DNA of 64,000 nt from Felis catus (taxonomy: Eukaryota). The position numbers and the translations under genes were made by a program. The stretch lies in NCBI RefSeq assembly GCF_018350175.1, contig NC_058377.1:114886001-114950000 (forward strand), in the 5' to 3' direction. Shown here one piece after another: positions 51,985 through 64,000 of the stretch; within the stretch, counting starts at the first letter, position 1, and each line of letters begins with the position of its first letter. The notes beneath the pieces are model-generated. The model was not told where the DNA came from and made no database searches. It saw nothing but the letters and a program-made list of their open reading frames with translations.

Positions 51985-52975
51985 TGCCTGGGGGGCTCGG
52001 TCAGTTGAGCATCTGAGCTCAGGTCACGATCTTGTGGTTCATGAGTTCGAGCCCCGCGTCGGGCTCTGTGCTGACAGCTCGGAGCCTGGAGCCTGCTTCG
52101 GATTCTGTGTCTCCCTCTCTCTGCCCCTCCCCTGCTCATGCTGTGTGTCTCTCTCTCTCCCAAAAACATTAAAAAAAGAAGAAGAAAAGTGGCGCCTAGG
52201 GCTCACAAAGAATGAGAGTTTGGGAGGTGATGGGACTAGGTGGTGCCTACAAAGCTAATACTTATTTATTTATTTATTTATTTATTTTTAAAGCCTTTTT
52301 CTTCTTCTTCTTCTTTTTTTATTTTTAAAAAAAAATTTTTTTTCAACGTTTATTTATTTTTGGGACAGAGAGAGACAGAGCATGAACGGGGGAGGGGCAG
52401 AGAGAGAGGGAGACACAGAATCCGAAACAGGCTCCAGGTTCTGAGCCATCAGCCCAGAGCCTGACGCGGGGCTGGAACTCACGGACAGCGAGATCGTGAC
52501 CTGGCTGAAGTCGGACGCTTAACCGACTGCGCCACCCAGGCGCCCCTCTTCTTCTTTTTTTAAAGCAGGCTCATGCCCAGCGTGGAGCCCAACATGGGGC
52601 CCAAACTCATGACCCTGAGATCAAGACCTGAGCTGAGATCAAGAGTCAGACGCTTAACTGATTGAGCCATCCAGGTACCCCTAAAGCTTAGTTTTTTTTT
52701 TCTCTAGTAATCTCTACACCTAATATGGGCCTTGAACCCATGACCCCGAGATCAAGAGTTGCATGCTCCTTGGACTGAACCAGCCAGGTGTCCAAATACA
52801 TCTTTCAAAACTCACAGAACCATACACCCACAAAGACTAGCCATAGGGGCGCCTGGGCGACCCAGGTGGTTAAGCATTGACTTTTAACCTCCACTCAGGT
52901 CTTGATCTCAGGGTCATAAGTTCAGGCCTCACGTTGGGCTCTGCACTGGGTGTGAAGCCTCCTTTAAAAAAAAAT
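51985..52975. mobile_element. Cluster of at least 5 Can-SINE copies/fragments on both strands
   Basis: Copies at about 51985-52180 (+), 52335-52546 (-), 52560-52681 (-), 52695-52792 (-) and 52847-52975 (+). Confidence 0.85.
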
Positions 52976-53329
52976 TAGCCATAAATAACGAACTTCACAA
53001 AAAGTCTGTGACCCCAGGTTTGCAGACCAACTTTGGTGAGGCTCAATAAAATGTACGGGGCTGGGCAGCGCAGCCTGAGAGGAGGAGGTCCTAATTCTGT
53101 CCAGAGCCTCTGGCCAGTGAAGCTGTGATGTGCCACCTCTAAGGCTGGATGGGTCCTGAGAGGCCACTCCATCCTCCCGGGACTGAGGAGTAGGTCTATG
53201 ACCCTCTAGGATAGGACAGAAGCTGGAGCCGTCACCCTGGTGGTGACACTTGAGCAGGTCTCGGGGCCAGTTTTGTAATCATTCGCCACAGAGTTTTATG
53301 GGACGCTGAAGACATTCACGATAATGTTT

Positions 53330-56300
53330 ATTCAGCTCGCAAGAGTTGTTCAAAAGTTTAAGAATCTCTTCCTAATTAATAGAACAAGCAGACAGAATAT
53401 CAGCAAAGCTATGGAAGAATCTGGACAACCACCAACCAAGCAGACATATTTGACATCGTGGAACAGTCCATCCAACGGCAGAGAAATACGTATTCTCTTC
53501 AAGTACACATGGAACTTCACCAAGGTAGACCACATTCTGCATCGAAAAAAGAAGCTTAAGACATTTTTTAAAGAATGAGAATCATAAAAAGTATGTTCTC
53601 TGACCACAAAGGAATTAAACTAGAAATCAACAGAAAGATAACAGGGAAATCCCCCAAAATTTTGGAATTAACACAATTCTAAGTAATCCGTGGGTCAAAT
53701 GAGAAATTATAAAATATTCGGAACTAAGGAAAGTGAAGATACATCATATCAAAGTTTATAGGATAGAGCCAAAACAATGCTCAGAGGAAAATTCATAGCA
53801 TTAGCTGCTTAATTTGAAAAGGACAGACTCAAATTAATGTAAAATACCAGTTAGCAATCCAAAGAAGAAAAACCACATGATCGTATTGACTGATGCAGAA
53901 AAGACATTTGACAAAATTCAACCTGCATTCACGATAAAAGTGCTTAGTGATCTGGAAATGGAAGGAACTCCCTCAACCCAACAAAGGCACCTTCAAACCG
54001 TATCGCCAGCATGACACTTTGTGGTGCAAGGCCGAGTGCCTTCCAGCTAAACTCAGAAGCAAGAATGTCCACTCCCACCTTTTTAAAAAGGTTTACTCAT
54101 TTATTTTGATGCGAGGAGAGGGGCAGAGAGAGAGGGAGAGAATCCCAGGCAGGCTCTGTGCTGTCAGCACAGAACCCCACACGGGGCTCGATCTCATGAT
54201 GATGAGATCGTGACCTGAGCTGAAATCAAGGTTCTGACACTTAACTGAGCCAACCAGGCGCCCAACTCTCACCTTTTGTTCAATATGGTGCTGCCACTCT
54301 AGCTAGTGCAGTCAGGCAATAAAAATGTAAATAAAAGACATCCAGATTGGAAAGGATGTCCCTGTGTACCGATGACACAACTGTCTAAGCAAACCCCCAG
54401 GGAATCTACAAAAGCTCTTGGAACTCATAAGTCAGTTTAACCGGATAGCAGGATGCAAAGTCAACACGCAAGGATCAGTTATATCTTGGTCTACCAGCAG
54501 TAAACAATTGGAAGCCAAAATTAAAAAGTAAAAACACATTACTGTTTACAACAGCTATAAAAATACATGAAATATGTTTAAATCTAAAAACATGTACAGG
54601 ATCCATATGCTGAAAACTACTAAATATTGGTAAAATAAATAAAAGAAAACCTAAATAAATTGGGAGATATGTCTTGTGCACAAATGAAAGGACAGTCTTT
54701 TCAGTAAGGGGCACTGAGACAATCGGATGTTCACATGCACCCCCCCCCCCCAGCCCCTTGATCTAATGCTAACACTACGTAAAAACTAACTCAGAATGAA
54801 TCATAGATGTAAATGTAAAATGTAAGGCTATAAAAATTTTGGAAATATGGGGGACATATTTGTGACCAGGGAATTGGCAAAGAATTTTTTTCAAGTTTTT
54901 ATTTATTCATTTAAGTAATTTCTACACCTAACATGGGGCTCAAACTCACAACCCCAAGATCAAGAATCACATGCTCTTCTGACTGAACCAGCCAGACACC
55001 CCTCGCAAAGAGTTTGTAGACATGACACCAAAAGCATGGTCTACAAATTAAAGCAAAAATAAGCTGGACTTCATTAAAATTTGAAATTTCCACTCATAGA
55101 ATGTAAGAAAATATCAGCAAATCCTATTTTCAGCAAGCGGTTTCTATACAACATATATAAAGAACTCTCAGGGCTCAGCAATGACATCACAAGAAAGAAA
55201 ACTCCAGATAAACAACCCTTATAAATATGTGTATACAAAACTCTTCCACAAAATATGAGCAAACCAAATCTAACAGCATTTTTTAAAGGATTGTGCACTA
55301 TGACCAAGTGGGGATTTGCTCCAGGAACGCAAGGGTGATTCAACAGACAAAACTCAATGTAATATATCACATTAATAGAACGGAGGGTGGAAATCCATTT
55401 AGTAATCTCAACTGATGTAGAAAAAGCATTTGATGAAACCCAAATACCCTTTTATGACAAAAAGACTCCATAAACTACGAATAGAAAGAAACCTCCCGAA
55501 ATGATAAAGGACATCTTTGAAAAACCCACAACGAACATCGGACTCAGTAGTGAGAGACGGAAAGCGTTTTCCCTAGGATCAAGAATAAGACAAGGACACC
55601 CACTTCTGCTGCTTCTCTGTATCATGTTCTGGAAGTTCTACCAGAACAATTAGGCGAGAAAAAGAAAGAAAAGGTATCCAAGATTGGAAAGGAAAAAGTA
55701 AACGATTTCTCTGTGCCGATGACATGATCTAATGTATAGAAAATCTAACAAAACAAAACCCTCACCCTCACCCTCAGCCTCAGCCTGTTACGACTAACAA
55801 ATCCAGCAAAGTTGTGGGATATGATGTCGACATATAAAAACCAGTTATATTTCTATACACTAGCAACAAACAATCCAAAAATGAAATGAAGAAAATAATT
55901 CACTTGCAACAGCATCGCAAAGAAGAAAATACTTAGAAAGAAATTTAACCACGAAGGTGAAAGCTGTGTTCACCGAAAGCTACAAAACATTGCCGGTGTG
56001 TGTGTGTGTGGGGGGGGGGGGGTGGAGATTAAAGACAAGAATGAGTAAATCCAATGCGCGTGGCTTGGTAGACTCCATGTCGTTAAGATGGCTTTTCTCT
56101 CCAAACCAACATACAGATTTGGTATGCTCCCTATCAAAACCCCAAGGGCCCCCTTTTTACAGAAATGGAAAAGTCACTCCTAAATTCATATGCAATTGTA
56201 TGTAAGGAACCACAAATAACCAAGACAATCTTGAGAAAGAAAAGCAAAGTTGTAGGACTCAACTGCTCCTGATTTCAAAACTTACTACAAAGCTACAAGA

Positions 56301-57720
56301 ATCAAACCAGTACGGTTTTGATTTCTTATAGATCAATGGAATAGGGTTGAGAATTGAGATGTAGACCCCCACATTTATAATCAATTTGTTTCCAACAAGG
56401 GTGTAAGATTGTTCACTGGGGGAAGAAGAGTTTCTTCCACATGGTGTTGGGACAACTGGCCGCCCACATGCAAAACAGTGGAGTTGAACCCCTACCTTAC
56501 ACCACACACACAAAATAACTCAAAATGGATCAAAGATTTAAATATATGATCTAAAACTATAGAACTGTTAGAAGCAAATATAGGGGCAAATCTTCATGAC
56601 TTTGAATTTGGCAATGGTTTCTTAATCCTAACACCAAAAGCACAAAGAAAACAAGTAGACCATTGGATTTCATAAACTTAACATCTTTTTTTTTAATGTT
56701 TTATTTATTTTTAAGACAGAGAGCATGAGTGGAAATGAGGCAGAGAGACAGGGAGACACAGAATCCGAAGCAGGCTCCAGGCTCTGAGCTGTCAGCACAG
56801 AGCCCGACACGGGGCTCGAACTCATGAACTGTGAGATCATGACCTGAGCCAAAGTCGGATGCCCAACCGACTGAGCCACCCAGGCGCCCNNNNNNNNNNN
56901 NNNNNNNNNNNNNNNNNNNNNNNNNNNNNNNNNNNNNNNNNNNNNNNNNNNNNNNNNNNNNNNNNNNNNNNNNNNNNNNNNNNNNNNNNNNNNNNNNNNN
57001 NNNNNNNNNNNNNNNNNNNNNNNNNNNNNNNNNNNNNNNNNNNCAATTTTAAAATCAGCAAAGGACTTAACGGACATTTCTCCAAGGAAGGTACATAAAT
57101 GGCCAAGGAGCACATGAAATGATGCTCAACATTATTAGTAATTGAGGAGATGTGACCCAAAACCACAGTTTGATTACCTCCTAAAGTTGATCTAAGTGTG
57201 ATGCAGTTCCGATCAACCCCCTGGCAGTATCTTCTTGTAGAACCTGACAAGTTGCCCTGAAGTTTAAATGGAAATACAAACGGTCACAATAGCTCAGACG
57301 TCCTTGAAGCAAAACAGGGACAGCATTTGATGTATTAGACAGTAAGACTTAAACGGTTACTGTGATTCAGACGGTGAATAATTAAGGCATCGCACCTGAG
57401 ACGCCGCAGGAGTGAGATTCGGCCGCTGGCACGTGGCAGAGAGCCCAGAAGTAGACCTGAGCGTACGCAGACGGGCGACTTACAAATAAAACGCATCGAA
57501 GGGCAGTGGAGAAAGGATGGCCTTTGTAATAACTGACGCTGGGCAACTGGACAGCCATCTAGACAAAAGTGAAATTACTACCTCACGTCACACACAACAT
57601 AAATTCCAGGTCTCGTTTGGGACTTGAAATAACGAAGCTTTGGGAGGTGATATATGGGAAGTGTCTTATCTTGCACAGGAGATGAAAATGTAACAAAATA
57701 CTCTAAGTTCCACCTCATTA
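53330..57720 (+). mobile_element. Patchwork of old LINE-1 ORF2 fragments with inserted SINEs (about 54080-54263, 54885-55003, 56686-56889, all -) and N-gap 56890-57043
   Basis: gatgcagaaaagacatttgacaaaattcaac, gatttcaaaacttactacaaagctaca, aactcaaaatggatcaaaga. Confidence 0.85.
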
Positions 57721-58825
57721 ATATTAGGACTGTTGCCTCCCTGTGTTCACCCACCCTAAACCATTCACGACCCTTTTGTGGTCCCCACCAGATCCCTGCT
57801 TTGAAAGACCCGTTTTAAAGCAATTGAGCCCTTATCCCGAATCCCCATAACCACTTCCCTTTCATACCTCCTTTAGAATCATTACTAAGACTGTCAGCTA
57901 ATGTCCGTCCTTGCCAGGCGCTCGATAACTCAGCTCTGTCTGACCAGCAGGTTTCCTGGGTGATCTGTGGGGAGAGCAGACCGCAGTCCTTATCTTTTTG
58001 AGATATATACTGAAATCCTTACAGATGAACGATGCGGTTTCTGAGAATGATACAAATTCGGCTCCAAAATTCATTTGAGAACAACAGAGAAAGTAGGGGT
58101 AGGTAAGATTGGTCATAAATGATCGACGCTGAGCAATGGTGCATAAGAGTTCATTATACTATTCTGTCTACTTTTGTGTGGTTTTAATTCTCTGTAATAA
58201 TAAAAGCAAGTTGTTTTTCCCCCAGTCCTTAAGAGGGTATGTTCATTAAGACTAAAATAAGGTTACGTGATATCGCTGTGAGCGCCAGGCTGATAGCCTG
58301 AAAGTATGAAGCCAGCACCTGAATCAGGTTCCATGGTGCAGTTGTGTGGCCGAGCGAAGGCAGGGAAGAGTAGAGGAGTGTAGGTTTGAGAGAGGATTCT
58401 CTTCAGTGCTTTCCTACAACGCCCCTAATGAGAACCAACAGTAGATACAATTAACTTGAAATTGACATTTAAATCTTGGTCGAAACAAAACCCCCCAAAA
58501 AGGAGTCGAGCTTGCTTTCTGCTCTTTGCTTATTCAGGGCATGAAACGGCGTCACACTGAGCTACGTTTCCAGCTCGGAACGCACCACTTCCTACACTAA
58601 CCCCGGGAAAATGAAGCTTCCTCTCCCTGCGAATCCTGGACCCTGAACTTGACCATTATGAGGATCTCTGCACAGAGTGATGTCCGATCCGGGGCTTTGA
58701 ATGGCTGTTCATGTAAGCGATATCTTTGTGCGTTTGTAACAAGGACTCAGCTGAGAGTGAAATGCTGGGGACCCGGGCTGGGGGGGTGCTCCCTGAAACC
58801 TGTGGGTTGGGAGTGGCACTTTGCA

Positions 58826-59150
58826 GGGCACCTGGCTGGTGCAACACTTGATCTTGGGGTTGTGAGCTTGAGCCCCCACGTTGGGGATGGAGATGGCTTA
58901 AAATTTTTAAAAATACTGGGGTGCCTGGGTGGCTCAGTCGGTTGAGCGTCCGACTTTGGCTCAGGTCATGATCTCACGGTTCGTGGGTTCGAGCCCCGCG
59001 TCGGGCTCTGTGCTGCCGGCTCGGAGCCTGGATCCTGCTTCAGATTCTGTGTCTCCTTGTCTCTCTGCCCCTCCCAACTTGTACTCTGTCTCTCTATGTC
59101 TCTCAAAAAATAAATCAATGTAAAATAAAAATTAAAAAGAACTTTTTAAA
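58826..59150 (+). mobile_element. Two adjacent Can-SINEs
   Basis: Short copy at about 58826-58915; full copy from 58918. Confidence 0.85.
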
Positions 59151-60547
59151 ATCTTTTATAAAGGTGGCATTTTGCAGTCGTGGCCTGTACCCCATGTTGT
59201 TTGTTTCAAAGTAGAGCACAGAATGGGAAGCGAAGCTTGAGGCAGCGCCACGTTTCTTAGGCGTCCTCCTTCCTGATTCCCGGCGCGGTGGCATAGGCAG
59301 GGGTGTCTCGGGAGGCGAGTCTCCCCCCACGAGGGACAAACCGCCGCACAGCATGTGTGGGAGGGCACAGGGAGGGGCCGTCCCTGGAGAAACCCTGGGC
59401 AGCAGAGAAGGCGGTAGAAACAAATATCCTGTGACAGGAGGCCTCTCCCTGGCCGCACCCTCCGTCTGTCCCTCTGAGCCAGTGACTGCTTGTGATTTCA
59501 TGAAGCTGTGACCAGAGGCGCTCAGGGCCGAGGCTGTGACCCCAGAGGTGCAGCGGGAGGGAAGCCTCTGGGGTGACGGAGTGCAGGTGTTGTGTCCCGA
59601 CTGTGGTGGTGGTTACACGAGCCAAGACTTGTGCCAAAATTCATTTTTTTACTGCACGTTAATTTTGCTGTAGATTTTGTAAACTTCAATTTTAGTGTCC
59701 TTTTGATAAACGGGAATATTTTTCTTGGGAAGCTATTCCCCGGGGGCTTGAGTGTTTGAGGTGCTGAGAAGTCTGACACCAGTGTCGGGAGTGGGCGTGT
59801 TCCCGTGGACGTGACCGACCTGTGAACGGTGTGAAAGCATAGGGCGTTTTAATCTGCCGACTGCGTGCAGGAATAAGCCACAGCAGCTGCTTCAAAACAC
59901 GTGTAAAGAAAGCAGCCTATCACTACACGCCTGTTACAATGGCCCAAAACCCAAACGCCGCACCAAGGATGTGCGTCTCGTTCGGGGCCGGGAGGAGCGC
60001 GGATCGGTGCGTTGGGTAAGTCTGGCAGTTTCTTACAAAAGTGACTGTCCCATCCAACAATCACGCGCTTTGTATTTATCCCAAAGAGCTGGAAATTGAT
60101 GTCCACACAAAAGCCTGCACACGGTTATCACAGTTTTGTTCATAACTGCCAACCCTTGGGAGTGACCAAGGTGTCCTTTGGTAGGTGGGTGGGTTAGCTG
60201 TGGTGCGTCCACACCAGGGAATAGGACAGTGCGGTCGGTGCAAAGTTCAGGGACTGGGGACTGAAGGACGAGCAGCTGGGGCACAAGGAATTAGGGGCAC
60301 TGAAGCCAGGACAGGCCAGAGTTGGATGCACTCATCGTGCATCTGCGAAAACCCTCGTTTACACACTGGGATGAGCGCTAAAGTAAATTATGTGACAGGC
60401 CATCAGAGCTAATGTTTGGACCGGGACGCTCATCAGTTGTCCCGCAGGATGTTAGGGGCAGGGGGGCTGGGCCTGGGTCTACTCCATACTTCCTGCTCAG
60501 TTTTTCTGTGACCCTCGAACTGCTCTTTTAAAAAGTCTACTAATTAT

Positions 60548-60910
60548 TTTTCTTAAAATTTTTAATGTTTATTTTTGAGAGAGAGAGAGAGAGAGAGAGA
60601 GAGTGTGAGCAGGGGAGGGGCCGAGAGAGAGGGAAACACAGAATCCGAAGCAGGTTCCAGGCTCTGAGCTGTCAGCACGGAGCCAGACGTGGGGCTGGAA
60701 CTCATGGACCTTGAGATCATGACCTGAGCCTAAGTCGGTCGCTTAATGGACTGAGCCCCCCAGGCGCCCCTCTACTAACTATTTTTAAATGAATGTGAAG
60801 CTGGGCGGGCTCCCTTGGTGGCGCACCACTCTTGATCTCAGGGTTGTGAGTTCGAGCCCCACCTTGGTGTGGAGATTACTTAAAAATAAAATCTTAAGAA
60901 AAAAAAATAA
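60548..60910. mobile_element. Can-SINE (-, about 60548-60770, with (GA)n) and short SINE (+, about 60800-60910) upstream of SCT
   Basis: SINE bodies; flanking TCTACTAAYTATTTT repeats. Confidence 0.85.
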
Positions 60911-61394
60911 TGTAAAGTCTAACACAAGAACTCCTAGTTTACTATAAGTCCGTTTACTGGACTCCTAATTTATGTTCACGGATGTCAGCAGTCCTGGTTC
61001 TAGAAGCCGAACCTGACCTAAACCCGAAACGAGGGAGCGGGAGTCACCCAGCTGCCGTCTTTCTTCTGTCCCCTCTCCGCACCTCCACCTCCTGTCCGTC
61101 CTCGGAAAGTTCAAATGCTGGGCGCCCCGGGGGGCTCGACCCCGGCTCGGCCTGCAGCCGGCCTGGGCCTCTCCAGCGGAGTCCGCGCTTCGGGTGGACG
61201 CCCCCTGGTCCCGGCCTCCGCCCTCGTGCCGCCCCCCACCCCGCGCCCCTCTGCGCCCCGAGGGTGGTGCCCGGCCCCCCGCCGCGCCTCGGAAGCGCGT
61301 CGGGGCGAGGCTCTGAGGCTTTGCTCCTGCCGTTCCTCGTGCAGGCCCGCCCCCCCCCCATCCCCAGCCGGCCGAGGGGCGCCGACGCGGCGCT

Positions 61395-61540
61395 GAGGGC
61401 GGGCGGGCCAGCCGGGGCGACAGCTGGGGGGGCGGCCCTGACCTTCCCGCGCGATCGATGGGGGCGCGGCCGGGCTGCGCGGAGCCGGGGCGGTGCCGAG
61501 CGCCCCCGGCCCGCCCCTCACGGACAATATAAAGGGGCGG
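61395..61540 (+). promoter_or_regulatory. SCT: Secretin proximal promoter: E-box CAGCTG 61421-61426, GC boxes, TATA 61528-61533
   Basis: Motifs read directly; the arrangement fits the known NeuroD1/BETA2 E-box plus Sp1 GC-box secretin promoter. Confidence 0.85.
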
Positions 61541-61596
61541 CCGGGGCCCGGGCGGCGGCGGCAGCGCTCAGCACCCCCTGCGCGCCCACCACGGCC

Positions 61597-61676
61597 ATGC
61601 GGCCCCCGCTGCTGCTGCTGCTGCTGCTGCCGCCGCTGCTGCTGCCGGGCTCCGCCGCGCGCCCCGCGCCCCCCAG
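61597..61676 (+). CDS. SCT: SCT exon 1 (signal peptide)
   Basis: Encodes [26 protein letters not shown]; donor AG|GTGAGC. Confidence 0.95.
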
Positions 61677-62546
61677 GTGAGCCCGCGCCCGCGCCCGCCC
61701 CTCGGCCCCCGCCCCGCCCCCGCCGGCCCTGACCTGGCCCGCGGCCCCGCCGTCCCTCCCCAGGGCACCGCGCCACTCGGATGGGACCTTCACCAGCGAG
61801 CTCAGCCGCCTGCGGGAGAGCGCGCGTCTGCAGCGACTGCTGCAGGGCCTGGTGGGGAAGCGCAGGTGAGGGGCCGGGGCCGCGGGGAGGGGGGGCCGCG
61901 GGGTGGGGGGGGGCAGGTGAGGGGCCGGGGCCGCGGGGAGGGGGGGCCGCGGGGTGGGGGGGCGCAGGTGAGGGGCCGGGGCCGAGGGAGGGGCGCGGGG
62001 GCGGCGCCCCCCAGCTCCAGGACTAATTCCGACTTGGCGTGGGGGGCAGCGAGCTGGACACAGAGAACAGCACGAGCTGGACCAAGTCGTCTGAGGGCCG
62101 CTTCTGCCTGCAGTGGCCCCACTCGCCTGCCCTGCAGGCCTGGTGAGCGCCACCAGCCCCCACCAGCCCCCCCCACCTCCCCACCCCAGCCCCGTCCTGG
62201 CCCCAGCCGCCACCACCAGCCCGTCCCCCCCCACCCACCCACAAGCTTCTGCCCCAGCCCCTCCCCCTGGTCCCCTGTGGCACCCTAGATCCATGGCAGG
62301 AACTGGACAGGCAGGGGCGAGGGTGGGGGGGCCTGGGAAGGAAAAAGAGCTGGTGACCAGAGGAGGCACAGTTTGGCCAGATGGGTGGCAGCGTCCAGCC
62401 CCTAACCTGGCTGTCTCCACAGGATGCCCCTGAGGGACCCCCTGGATGAGGCCTGGTCTCCCCAGCTGCCTCCTGGACCCGGGTCTGGGGCCGCATTTTC
62501 ACAGCCGGCCATGCCTCCTGCTGAGATGTCAAGGATGAGGCCCTGA
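61597..62546 (+). CDS. SCT: Preprosecretin, 132 aa (join 61597-61676, 61764-61865, 62050-62142, 62423-62546); mature peptide 61774-61854
   Basis: Poly-Leu signal peptide; [27 protein letters not shown] followed by GKR amidation/cleavage site; 399 nt in frame. Confidence 0.97.
61764..61865 (+). CDS. SCT: SCT exon 2 (mature secretin)
   Basis: Encodes [33 protein letters not shown]. Confidence 0.98.
61862..61990 (+). repeat. 51-bp G-rich tandem repeat (about 2.5 copies) containing the SCT exon 2 donor
   Basis: GCAGGTGAGGGGCCGGGGCCG with GT at 61866, 61917 and 61968. Confidence 0.92.
62050..62142 (+). CDS. SCT: SCT exon 3
   Basis: Encodes [32 protein letters not shown], resembling the prosecretin C-peptide. 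Confidence 0.88.
62423..62546 (+). CDS. SCT: SCT exon 4 coding part
   Basis: Encodes [22 protein letters not shown]...MRP then TGA. Confidence 0.88.
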
Positions 62547-62643
62547 GGAAGAAGGAGCCTCCCCCACTGTCTGCAAGGGGAGCACCGTGGAGTCCAGGCC
62601 AGGGAGGGGTGGAGCGGGAGGAGGAGGGGTTGCACCTGTCACC

Positions 62644-62649
62644 AATAAA
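62644..62649 (+). terminator. SCT: SCT polyadenylation signal AATAAA
   Basis: About 100 nt after the stop. Confidence 0.85.
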
Positions 62650-64000
62650 GGAGGAATTCAGACACCGGCCCCATGAGCTCACTCAGTGCGCCATCTCTGT
62701 GCGATCAAGGCAGCCCTGCAGGGCGGAAGGACCCTGTCCACAGGTTCTGGGGCTGCAGCCACACCCAGCTGCCCTTTAAACCTGGGAAGCCAGCAGGGCG
62801 CCTCACCTTCCTTATCTCTCCTGTCCCGTTGGCCGAGCTCCCCAGAGACAGTCTGCACCCCTGTCATCTACTCCGCACTCAGGGGCCCTGGGTGGGTGGG
62901 GGGCACAGGATGTCTTCCAGCCCCGGCCCCAGGGCCCTGCAGTCAGTGTGCCGGGCAGGTGGTGGAGGCAGTCTGAGGGGGCACGGAGAGCGACAGGACT
63001 GTCACCTAGGGGCTCAGGAGTCCACTCCAGAGAGACAGAGAGAGACCCAAGCGTATGTCTTGGCTCCTGGTCCGAGCTCTGTGGCCTCAGACAAGTGGCT
63101 TGACCACTCTGAGTCTGTGGAATGGGGACGGTGATGACACTCCAAGTGGTGCTGGGGTCGCTGGAAGCCATGGAGGCCCTCCCAGCGCAGGCAGAGGCGC
63201 CAGGAGCCCCCAGTGCAGCAGCAGCAGCAGCAGAGCAAAGGCCTAGAGACCCGAAGGCCCACGACCGCCACGGTCACGGCAGCCCCTCTCCTGTCCCCAT
63301 CCAGTGGCCTCTCCCCAGCTGCTGAGAGCTTGGGGGGGCCCTTGGGGGTAGGGCAGTCGGGTGCCTGGGCCCGGGAGCCTTGCCAGGACCCCCTCTTTGT
63401 CAAGCTCCAGAGCCCATGGGGAGCTGGGTTGCCCCCCCAGGAGCCTGCAGCTGCCTGATGCCATCCCCATCATGGTGGCCCTGCCCAGCCCCCCTTGGAG
63501 GAGAATGGCTTGTTTCCAAGACAGGCAGGGGTAACCCCGGACACAAACAACCTTTTCTTTCCGGACCTAGGTGGTTGGTGTGGGAAGAGGGTGGTCCTGC
63601 CGGGAGCACCTGGGCCCTGAAGCTGGCTCCCAGATGATTCGGGCAGAAGCGTCCAGCAGAGGGGCAGCAGGCCTGGGGGGTGGGCACAGCAGACACAGGA
63701 GCCAGGGCTGAGGCCCCGCCCCAGTCCCCGCTCCTCCAGGCTCTAACGCCCTGCCCCAGCTTCTGCCCCCCCCAGGCATACCCCCAGCCACCCCCCCCAC
63801 CCCCCTCCCCCAGCCAGGCCCACGGTGCCCTGATCAGCTCTCTGAGCGACTTCCGCCTCCCGCTTTGGCGTCTGTGAGTTGAGCCCCCGTGGGCCCCCAC
63901 ATGTGGCCCAGCTGGGCAACCACCAGGTCTCCCCTCCTGGCCACGGGCAGGGCCTGGCCAGGCGGCCGGCGAGAGCCCCCTTGGTGGAGGCCGGTGGCTT

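Noticed and set aside
57720-57985. Possible LTR fragment
   Set aside because: Composition is suggestive but I cannot identify termini, TSD or family without a repeat library
61565-61580. CTCAGCACC RE1-like sequence in the SCT leader
   Set aside because: Left half-site only; no GGACAG at a canonical spacing
63000-64000. CDHR5 5' end, expected here by synteny
   Set aside because: No recognisable CDHR5 coding exon in the window; at most upstream promoter sequence

Overview
Mammalian genomic DNA, GC-rich. It is almost certainly felid, because it carries many feline-type Can-SINEs. The gene order matches the human 11p15.5 block in reverse orientation: 5' part of EPS8L2 (-), complete TMEM80 (-, 5 exons, 143 aa), DEAF1 (+, 12 exons, 565 aa, head-to-head with TMEM80), DRD4 (-, 4 exons), a SINE/L1-dense spacer, then SCT/secretin (+, 4 exons, 132 aa). 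I placed all exon boundaries by hand from splice signals and reading phase; ortholog comparisons are from memory. Three N-gaps fall in DEAF1 exon 1, DRD4 exon 3 and an L1. Most notable observations: (1) DRD4 reads TGG where the stop should follow the terminal Cys-Cys, giving a 38-aa C-terminal extension that uses up the 3'UTR. (2) DRD4 also has an out-of-frame upstream ATG whose frame has no visible stop through the whole spliced mRNA, and a near-consensus REST/RE1 site just before the start codon. (3) Core splice signals are duplicated four independent times: a SINE target-site duplication copies a TMEM80 donor, the TMEM80 U12 branch point is tandemly doubled, and donors are triplicated in DEAF1 (31-bp unit) and SCT (51-bp unit). 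(4) A strand-biased, partly helically phased TTCG array (DEAF1's own binding motif) covers the DEAF1 leader. Most ORFs in the supplied track are GC-rich artefacts.
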